A stretch of DNA of 33,681 nucleotides from an uncultured Wenzhouxiangellaceae bacterium (GTDB taxonomy: Bacteria > Pseudomonadota > Gammaproteobacteria > Xanthomonadales > SZUA-36): positions 1-33,681 of the forward strand of contig CAZEFU010000001.1 in NCBI GenBank assembly GCA_964511515.1. Direction: 5' to 3'. Shown here one piece after another: positions 21,234 to 27,871 of this stretch. The notes under the pieces were generated by a model. The model searched no databases, was not told where the DNA came from, and worked only from the letters and a program-made list of their open reading frames with translations. The translations under genes and the position numbers were made by a program. How positions within the stretch are numbered: position 1 is the stretch's first letter; every line of letters starts with the position of its first letter.

Positions 21234-22196
21234 ATGAAAACTAACATAATAAAATCTTTGATAATCTTAACGACCTTATTAGGGTTTACCAATGTATCAG
21301 CACAGCAAGGTGCAGTACCGACAACATTAGCCAGCCCAGAATGGGAGTTTTTTGATGATTTTGAGGGAGCTATTGATAATTCTTTTTGGATATGTGGGAT
21401 GAATGGTGCTGCAGAAAAGGTGTTGCATGGTGTCGATAGACTAGAAGCCACCAGTAAAGTATTAGAGATGAAATATTACGCAGCTGGCACAGATCCCCAC
21501 ACTATAGCTCCTGGTGATTCCTGGACTGAATGTGATTTTGGTCTTACTTCAAACGGTATTTCTATACAGGCCGTACAAGTAGAGGTGAGCTTTAAAATAT
21601 TTACACCTGCTAATTATGTGCCTGTTGAACTCAATCATAAGTTTTTTATGCTTTGGTCTGGAAATTATGGCGGTTCAGTTGCAAATATTGCTGTTAATAG
21701 TGAAGCATGGGGCAATGAATCTGTGGCATTACCATCTATTAATCCTGGTATTGATCAAGTAAATTACGGACACTCATGGAATATGGATCAGTTGCCTGTA
21801 TGGGAAACTGGATCTGGCGAATGGTCAAGCTATCAAATATTTTTAGAACTAGCTACTGAAGAAGGCGACTATGGTTTATATGAGATTTTTAAGGATAATG
21901 TCCTGTTGACGGCAACTTATGCACCTAATCTCAATAACTGGGGATGGACAGGAAATGGCAATCCTGATTTTAATGGTAATGAACTTATTAAATACGCTTC
22001 TTCAACAATTAACAATGGCGGTAATTTTATAGATCAAGGTACATTATTAGGCTGGGCAAACGGTGCCCCAGGTGGTGGATTCCAGGAAGATACCAAATTT
22101 TTGATAGATGACTTTAGAATCCGAGCTAACGCTGTACACGGAGCTGTACTAAATTCTAATGACTTAATATTGACGGATGGCTTTGAGAGCAACTAG
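21234..22196 (+). CDS. Secreted protein, probable ConA-like/jelly-roll fold (function unknown)
   Basis: It has a signal peptide (SLIILTTLLGFTNVSA|QQ). The mature N-terminus is EWEFFDDFEG and the C-terminal strand is KFLIDDFRI, both typical of the edge strands of lectin/glucanase/lyase jelly rolls. It ends LILTDGFESN-stop. The fold assignment is inference only. Confidence 0.8.
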   Translation: MKTNIIKSLIILTTLLGFTNVSAQQGAVPTTLASPEWEFFDDFEGAIDNSFWICGMNGAAEKVLHGVDRLEATSKVLEMKYYAAGTDPHTIAPGDSWTECDFGLTSNGISIQAVQVEVSFKIFTPANYVPVELNHKFFMLWSGNYGGSVANIAVNSEAWGNESVALPSINPGIDQVNYGHSWNMDQLPVWETGSGEWSSYQIFLELATEEGDYGLYEIFKDNVLLTATYAPNLNNWGWTGNGNPDFNGNELIKYASSTINNGGNFIDQGTLLGWANGAPGGGFQEDTKFLIDDFRIRANAVHGAVLNSNDLILTDGFESN

Positions 22197-22224
22197 ATAC
22201 TTTAAGCTCAAGAGAAATAAGGAC

Positions 22225-23115
22225 ATGATGCATAAAGCAATATTTAAATTAACCCTATTACTTATATTAGTTAGCTTCATTCGTTTTGATGCATTCGCAG
22301 GCACCTTGGAAATGACCTTTGATTCTGGTGTTTCAGGTGAAAGCATCCAGTCAGGTGATTGCATAAAATATGGTGAACCAGTATTTACCTCAACTGCTGG
22401 CAGGACATTTTATACCGAAGCAGAATCATTTGGTATAGGCAAATCTGCTGAACTGAATGTTGTGCAGGGCAGCAATGGATTTGGAACACTGGGGGGAGTA
22501 ATAAACTTCCCTTCTTGCTCTAATTTTGATGATTTAGCCGGCAAGATCACGAAAGGGCAAGAGATCTGGGTAAGTGTCCGGTTAAAATTCCCAGCAGATT
22601 TCGAGTTTAACCAAAATGGCAGAAACAAGTTTCTAAGATTAAGGGCTTTTCACGATGTGGATGGTTCACCTGTGAGCGAAGGCTATAACGACTTATATAT
22701 TAATGGTCCATCAGGATTAGGCGAGCAGCCATTTCATTATATTTTTGAAGGAGCCCAACAGTGGTACTTTGCAGGTGAGCCCAATGATTTTTTTAAATTG
22801 GGTTATTGGAATACTATAGAGTTCTACCTCAAACTTGACAATGTAAAAGGCAGCGAGGGTGGTGAGTCAATGGTCAGAGTTTGGATTGATGGCAGATTAA
22901 TTGGTGAAACTAATGACAGGAATATTTTGGTTTATGCCGATAGCTATATAAGCTCATTATACTTTTTCACTTATTGGGACAATGAGGGCGCACATATGGA
23001 TCAGAAGTTTTGGGCTGATGACCTGACAATTACGACAGAAACTCCCGCTGACAGGGATCAATATGGTAACCCCATGATTGGAGTTGGTTTGCTTTTTACG
23101 AATGGCTTTGAGTAA
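22225..23115 (+). CDS. Secreted protein, probable jelly-roll fold resembling heparin-lyase-I-like/polysaccharide-lyase beta-sandwiches (function unknown)
   Basis: The ATG-ATG at 22225 is preceded by AAGGA. It has a signal peptide (AIFKLTLLLILVSFIRFDAFA|GT). The C-terminal half reads YWNTIEFYLKLDN...MVRVWIDGRLIGE...SLYFFTYWDN...KFWADDLTI, a pattern common in jelly-roll lyase/lectin families. It ends LLFTNGFE-stop. The track ORF starts earlier (22177), at an ATG embedded in the upstream gene's terminal motif. Confidence 0.8.
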   Translation: MMHKAIFKLTLLLILVSFIRFDAFAGTLEMTFDSGVSGESIQSGDCIKYGEPVFTSTAGRTFYTEAESFGIGKSAELNVVQGSNGFGTLGGVINFPSCSNFDDLAGKITKGQEIWVSVRLKFPADFEFNQNGRNKFLRLRAFHDVDGSPVSEGYNDLYINGPSGLGEQPFHYIFEGAQQWYFAGEPNDFFKLGYWNTIEFYLKLDNVKGSEGGESMVRVWIDGRLIGETNDRNILVYADSYISSLYFFTYWDNEGAHMDQKFWADDLTITTETPADRDQYGNPMIGVGLLFTNGFE

Positions 23116-23214
23116 ATATATGAAGAAAACTATTCTAGGCAGAGATTATTGCATAACTATGGTGACGAGTAAAAAGTGATTAAGTCCTACAGCTTTTTGC
23201 TGAAAACTATTACC

Positions 23215-23236
23215 AATAGCTGCTGCTATTATTTTT
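23215..23236 (+). terminator. Weak candidate intrinsic terminator after the third island gene
   Basis: AATAGC (23215-23220), loop TGCT, GCTATT (23225-23230), then ATTTTT. The stem is only 6 bp and AT-rich. Confidence 0.3.
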
Positions 23237-23282
23237 AGATTTCCAGCCCAATCTGACGGCACCCATGTTTTTTCTTTTGCCG

Positions 23283-23288
23283 TATAAT
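23283..23288 (+). promoter_or_regulatory. Candidate -10 element (perfect TATAAT) upstream of beta-helix paralog B
   Basis: TATAAT lies at 23283-23288, 27 nt before the ATG at 23315. No convincing -35 was found at 16-18 nt spacing. Confidence 0.25.
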
Positions 23289-23314
23289 TAGCGAAATCAT
23301 CTAGGTAAAAACTT

Positions 23315-24868
23315 ATGTATGTAATAAATGAATATAAAAGTAATAAAGCAGTAAAATTGTTGCTTATATCATTAACCCTACTTTGTTTGGGCATCACAAA
23401 TGCATTAGCTCAAGATATATATTGGGTTACAAAGAGTGGTAGTGACGACAACAATTGCACCAATATAACCGATGATGCCTGTCTAACAATCCAAAAAGGA
23501 ATAAGTGTGTTGACTCCAGGCGATACACTCAATGTAAGCGCAGGAATTTATGCAGATGATGGTGGTACAAGCCCCTATATTCCAACAGGAACTTTTGTGG
23601 GATGGTCAGATAATGTTCCGCCCTCGAGCAACATTGTATTTACGACCAATGGTGAATTAGACAATTTAATTACAGTCAGAGCAACACCAGGAGACGAGGG
23701 CCTGGTAACCATTGACGGCGAAAACCAAAGAATAGCAATACACCTGCAAAATACAGATTACATCCGCATAAGTGGCTTTAATATTATCAACAGCAGAACT
23801 AGAGCAATTGCAAGTTGGGGTAAGTCAAATGACCCTTTAGTAGATCCTGAAAGAATAAGCACAGGTGTTATTATTGAAAATAATAAAATGATTAATACCA
23901 TAGGGGAGTATGGACGCAATACCAATATCATATCCATGTGGGGTTCACAAGACTGGATTGTGAGAAACAATTATTTAGACAATGTTTATGAGGTAGATGC
24001 GGGGACTACTAATTTTAGACGCATGGGCACAGCTATTATGGCATATGGTGTAATAAATGCCTTGATTGAAAACAACGAAATAAGAAATGCAGGTGCAGGC
24101 ATTTTTTGGAAAGACCACTATATAACTGACCTTGCCACCCGAGGTAAATATTTTGAGTCTGAGATTAGGTACAATAAAATTATAGTAGACTCAAAACCAG
24201 TTTACATCGGTATTAGGGCTGGTGATTCTGCTGAAGCCGGAGATAATTACATACATCATAATATTTTATATAAAGATAAACTCAATGATTCAGGTGGCAT
24301 AAATGTGGAAATGGCAGGAGCTTTTGCCCAAAGTGGAGATGTGCGGATCGAACACAATTTGATAGATGGAGTAAATATTACTAACTCCAGAGGTATTAAG
24401 GTTGATGCCTCTAGAAATATCACGGTAAAGGGAAATATAATCATTCGTGCCAGAACGAATGCGCGATATACAACATGGAGTGCAGCTACAGATCTGGGTA
24501 AAAAGCCTGTATTGAACTATTCTGATTATAATGTATATCATAGTTCAAATAGTATAATTAGTGTTGATGCCTATGGGCTCTCTTCCCAGGGTTTTGCTAC
24601 TCTGCCTCCATGGCAGGCAGCCTTGGCTTCTCAATTTGTAACACTGAATTTCGATAATCCTGATACAAATAGCATTACAGTAAATCCAGCAGATCTATTT
24701 GATAACCTGGGTGATAAAAATTACATATACAAAGTTGGTTCACCTGCCATAGACATGATGCCAGATGGAACCAATGCAGGCCCTTATCAATTTGGTGGTG
24801 AAACTATTGGATTATTACCACAGTGGCCCAGTGGCGCAGTACCGATATTTACCGATGGTTTCGAATAA
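23315..24868 (+). CDS. Secreted right-handed parallel beta-helix repeat protein, paralog B
   Basis: It has a signal peptide (KLLLISLTLLCLGITNALA|QD) and is co-linear with the 19697-21193 product over its whole length (YWVTKSGSDDNNCTN..DACLTIQKGI, AGDNYIHHNIL, VRIEHNLIDG.NIT.SRGIKVD, NITVKGNIIIR). It ends PIFTDGFE-stop. Confidence 0.87.
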   Translation: MYVINEYKSNKAVKLLLISLTLLCLGITNALAQDIYWVTKSGSDDNNCTNITDDACLTIQKGISVLTPGDTLNVSAGIYADDGGTSPYIPTGTFVGWSDNVPPSSNIVFTTNGELDNLITVRATPGDEGLVTIDGENQRIAIHLQNTDYIRISGFNIINSRTRAIASWGKSNDPLVDPERISTGVIIENNKMINTIGEYGRNTNIISMWGSQDWIVRNNYLDNVYEVDAGTTNFRRMGTAIMAYGVINALIENNEIRNAGAGIFWKDHYITDLATRGKYFESEIRYNKIIVDSKPVYIGIRAGDSAEAGDNYIHHNILYKDKLNDSGGINVEMAGAFAQSGDVRIEHNLIDGVNITNSRGIKVDASRNITVKGNIIIRARTNARYTTWSAATDLGKKPVLNYSDYNVYHSSNSIISVDAYGLSSQGFATLPPWQAALASQFVTLNFDNPDTNSITVNPADLFDNLGDKNYIYKVGSPAIDMMPDGTNAGPYQFGGETIGLLPQWPSGAVPIFTDGFE

Positions 24869-25082
24869 GAGAAACTTATATAAAACAAATACAGTTAGAA
24901 AGATAACATTATCAGTCTTGATTCTTTTAAGCATAAGCAGCACATCATTCGCTGCTGAGTGCTGGGGAGGAGTGATTGTCTTTCCTGAAAAAGATCCTGT
25001 ATTGAGTGAACAATTATCACTGATAAGGATAGGCGACTACTTCCATGCCTTTTCAGAATGGTATAGCCCCGGATATTGCTAG
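24855..25082 (+). CDS. Hypothetical 75-aa secreted pre-peptide; predicted 42-aa mature peptide with Cys at position 3 and at the C-terminus
   Basis: The only usable start is the ATG at 24855, inside the last codons of the upstream gene. It has a basic n-region (MVSNKRNLYKTNTVRK), an h-region ITLSVLILLSISS and an SFA|AE cleavage-like site. The mature sequence would be AECWGG...SPGYC-stop. No family was recognised and there is no Shine-Dalgarno. Confidence 0.45.
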   Translation: MVSNKRNLYKTNTVRKITLSVLILLSISSTSFAAECWGGVIVFPEKDPVLSEQLSLIRIGDYFHAFSEWYSPGYC

Positions 25083-25122
25083 TCGCAATTCCAGGAAACT
25101 GGCTGTGTTATTTCCGCAGAGC

Positions 25123-26043
25123 CTATGGATTAGCAACCCCATGAGGAACATGCCCGGTAGGTACATGAGCTTTGGCAGACTCACAGTGCATCTGTTGGTC
25201 ATCAAAGAATATATCAGCACCAAAAGCCTGTAAAAACTCGCCTTTGGAAAGCCCACCAAGAAATAGCGCTTCATCAACTCTAATACCCCACTCACGTAAG
25301 GTCAGAATCACCCTTTTATGGGCTGGTGCTGAACGGGCAGTTACCAGTGCGGTACGGATTGGATTACCCTCAATTGGCCAGGCAGATTGAATGCGATGCA
25401 AGGATTCCAGTACTTTACGAAATGGGCCTTCTCGCAATGGTGTATTGGCAGCGGCTTTTTCAGACGCAGAAAAAGCCTTAAGGCCCGATTGCTTGTAAAC
25501 TCTTTCGGCTTCATCTGAGAACAAGACGGCATCACCATCAAAGGCAATTCGCAACTGATCCGGGTGTCGGTTGTTGGCTGTGGAGGGCAAAATAGTCGCT
25601 GCGGCATAACCTTGTTCAAGAGTTTGTCTGACATCCTCACCATTAGCTGAAAGAAACAACTGCGCCCCGAAAGAACTCATATACTGCTGCGGTGGCTCGC
25701 CATTGGTAAAAGCAGCCCGAGTTATATCCAGGCCCATGGCCTCGATGGTATTAAAGATCCTCAAGCCAGAATCGGCGCTATTGCGGGACAACAAAATCAC
25801 TTCAACAAGAGGGCTATCACCACGACCTTGGTTGAGTTTTAGAAGCTTTCCTACCAGCGGTAAGGCAACGCCTTCTTCCAACAGCTGATTCTCATGCTCG
25901 CGCTGATATCTAGCGTAAGACTCCAAGCCCTGAGTTTCAAAGATCAAATGTGCTTCATCGAGGTCAAACAACGCACGTGAGGCTATTGCCACGACCAATG
26001 GCTCGGGCTTGGGTTCAGAAATGGTTGAAATAACATCTTGCAT
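25123..26043 (-). CDS. 5'-nucleotidase, cytosolic cN-I-like family (Pfam 5_nucleotid type)
   Basis: VVAIASRALFDLDEAHLIFETQGLESYARYQREHENQLLEEGVALPLVGKLLKLN and IRTALVTARSAPAHKRVILTLREWGIRVDEALFLGGLSKGEFLQAFGADIFFDDQ match my recollection of the bacterial cN-I-like family. The likely start is the ATG at 26043 (MQDVIS), not the track start at 26130. Confidence 0.72.
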   Translation of the reverse strand: MQDVISTISEPKPEPLVVAIASRALFDLDEAHLIFETQGLESYARYQREHENQLLEEGVALPLVGKLLKLNQGRGDSPLVEVILLSRNSADSGLRIFNTIEAMGLDITRAAFTNGEPPQQYMSSFGAQLFLSANGEDVRQTLEQGYAAATILPSTANNRHPDQLRIAFDGDAVLFSDEAERVYKQSGLKAFSASEKAAANTPLREGPFRKVLESLHRIQSAWPIEGNPIRTALVTARSAPAHKRVILTLREWGIRVDEALFLGGLSKGEFLQAFGADIFFDDQQMHCESAKAHVPTGHVPHGVANP

Positions 26044-26152
26044 AAGGCCACTATAGCAAATTCTAGTCGCAAAACCTGAGAAATGAAATGTGCTATACCT
26101 GAGCCTGAAAATATTGATAAAATAGCGCAAATCAATTAACTCGGAAAACCCT

Positions 26153-27316
26153 ATGGCAAAGCTGAATCCTCTGGATCTATATGATGTGCGCTCACAGTTG
26201 AGTGAAGATGAACTGATGGTGCAAGACAGCGTTGCTGCCTGGGTCGATGAGCGGGCAATGCCTTTGATTGCAAAATGTTTTGACGATGCGCGCTTTCCAA
26301 CTGAGCTTATACCTGAAATTGCCGATATGGGCTTACTTGGATTGACCTTGAAAGGCTATGGTTGTGCGGGCTTGAACTACACCTCCTACGGTTTGGTTTG
26401 CCAAGAGTTGGAGCGCTGTGATTCCGGCATTCGCAGCTTTGTTTCAGTACAAAGCAGTTTGTGCATGTATCCAATCTATGCCTTCGGCTCAGAAGAACAG
26501 AAACAACAATGGCTGCCAGAGATGGCTGCCGGACGTGCAATTGGTTGCTTTGGATTAACCGAGCCACAAGGTGGTTCTGATCCAGCTAATATGAAAACTC
26601 ATGCCAAGCGCGATGGTGATGACTGGATTCTAAATGGTTCTAAAATGTGGATCACCAATGGTTCTGTGGCAAATATTGCCATTGTTTGGGCGCAGACCGA
26701 TGATGGTATTCAAGGATTCCTGGTAGAAAAGGGCACAGCTGGCTTTGATACCGTTGATATTCATTCCAAAATGTCATTAAGAGCATCAACTACATCTGAA
26801 TTGTACTTTGATAATGTGCGTCTTCCAGATTCCAGTCGCTTGCCCAGCGTAAAGGGTTTGAAAGGGCCGCTATCTTGCCTGACCCAGGCCAGATTCGGGA
26901 TTTCCTGGGGGCCGATTGGCTGTGCTATCGACTGCCTTGATAGCGTACTTAAATATACCGAAGATAGAACTTTGTTTGGTCGCCCATTAGCCGCTAATCA
27001 GGCGATTCAGATCAGGTTGGCCGATATGGCACGTAGAATTACCACAGCTCAGTTGCTGGCCTTACAGTTGGGACGTTTAAAAGATGCAGGGAAAATGCAG
27101 CATACTCAGGTGAATTTGGCTAAATGGAATAATGTCCGCATGGCTTTAGATATAGCCCGTGATGCCCGCGATATGCTTGGTGGTTTTGGAATCACCACAG
27201 AGTATGCACCTATTCGGCACATGCTCAATCTGGAAAGTGTAATTACCTACGAGGGTACCGAAACCATCCACCAACTAGCAGTTGGGCGTGAACTTACAGG
27301 AATTAGCGCTTTTTAA
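26153..27316 (+). CDS. gcdH: Glutaryl-CoA dehydrogenase-type acyl-CoA dehydrogenase
   Basis: The N-terminus LNPLDLYDVRSQLSEDELMVQDSV, then GLTEPQGGSDPANM, GSKMWITNG and the C-terminal VITYEGTETIHQLAVGRELTG match the GcdH layout. Confidence 0.87.
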   Translation: MAKLNPLDLYDVRSQLSEDELMVQDSVAAWVDERAMPLIAKCFDDARFPTELIPEIADMGLLGLTLKGYGCAGLNYTSYGLVCQELERCDSGIRSFVSVQSSLCMYPIYAFGSEEQKQQWLPEMAAGRAIGCFGLTEPQGGSDPANMKTHAKRDGDDWILNGSKMWITNGSVANIAIVWAQTDDGIQGFLVEKGTAGFDTVDIHSKMSLRASTTSELYFDNVRLPDSSRLPSVKGLKGPLSCLTQARFGISWGPIGCAIDCLDSVLKYTEDRTLFGRPLAANQAIQIRLADMARRITTAQLLALQLGRLKDAGKMQHTQVNLAKWNNVRMALDIARDARDMLGGFGITTEYAPIRHMLNLESVITYEGTETIHQLAVGRELTGISAF

Positions 27317-27328
27317 GGAATTTCTGAT

Positions 27329-27871
27329 CTATTGGTGGCTCTTTAATAACATTCTTTGCATAACCGGGTCAGCGCCAAGTATCACACTAGCGTCACTAAA
27401 ACTGAACCAGCGTAGATCGTTAGATTCTGTCGAGAGACTTAGTTGTGAAGTTTGAGCCTGGAGTAAAAAGCGGGCATCGAAGTGCTCGTGTTCAGGGATA
27501 TCCCCACGCGCTGGAATCGAATGAATATCAAAATCGAAAATCGAGTTTTGAATTAAATTAAATGACTCAATCCCGGTTTCCTCGCGCGCCTCGCGCAGTG
27601 CTGCATTTAACCAACTGCTATCTTCTGCTTCAATATGGCCGCCCGGCTGTAACCACCTATCAAGTTTGCGGTGATGTAACAACAAAACCGCATCCATTGT
27701 GGGATTAAGAACCCAGCAAGATGCGGTTAAATGGCTTTGCATGTTATCCGCCTGCCAGAATTTGTCTTGCTTAGTGACTAAGCCTAAAGCACGCTCAGTA
27801 TCCGCAGACACGGCTGAGTCTGCGGGCTGATGTTGATTTAACAGTAGCTGACAATCAGTTCGATTAATCAC
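27329..27871 (-). CDS. NUDIX hydrolase
   Basis: It has the Nudix box GGHIEAEDSSWLNAALREAREETGIE. The track start is a GTG overlapping the upstream stop (GTGA). An internal ATG (MQSHLTASCWVL) would give a more typical shorter protein, so the start is uncertain. Confidence 0.85.
   Translation of the reverse strand: MINRTDCQLLLNQHQPADSAVSADTERALGLVTKQDKFWQADNMQSHLTASCWVLNPTMDAVLLLHHRKLDRWLQPGGHIEAEDSSWLNAALREAREETGIESFNLIQNSIFDFDIHSIPARGDIPEHEHFDARFLLQAQTSQLSLSTESNDLRWFSFSDASVILGADPVMQRMLLKSHQ

Noticed and set aside
21191-22196. Stop-codon readthrough or frameshifting after the ...FE tails might join the island genes into one multi-domain protein.
   Set aside because: In-frame continuation after each stop hits another stop within a few codons (for example TAG TTA CTT CGC ACA ATA TAA after the first gene). 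Each downstream gene also has its own signal peptide, so these are separate secreted proteins.
23146-23397. An 83-aa minus-strand ORF spans the intergenic region and the start of beta-helix paralog B. Likewise, 21194-21451 (85 aa, minus) overlaps the start of jelly-roll 1.
   Set aside because: Both overlap the signal-peptide-coding 5' ends of well-supported plus-strand genes, and hydrophobic sense sequence gives hydrophobic-looking antisense frames. Both lie in AT-rich DNA and are probably not genes.
19576-25122. The island might be a prophage remnant, a defence system or a toxin locus.
   Set aside because: It has no integrase, recombinase, nuclease, ATPase/helicase, methyltransferase or toxin-antitoxin-like signatures, and no flanking direct repeats or tRNA. 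All products are exported, repeat-rich structural or enzyme-like folds, which fits extracellular carbohydrate or surface biology better than defence.
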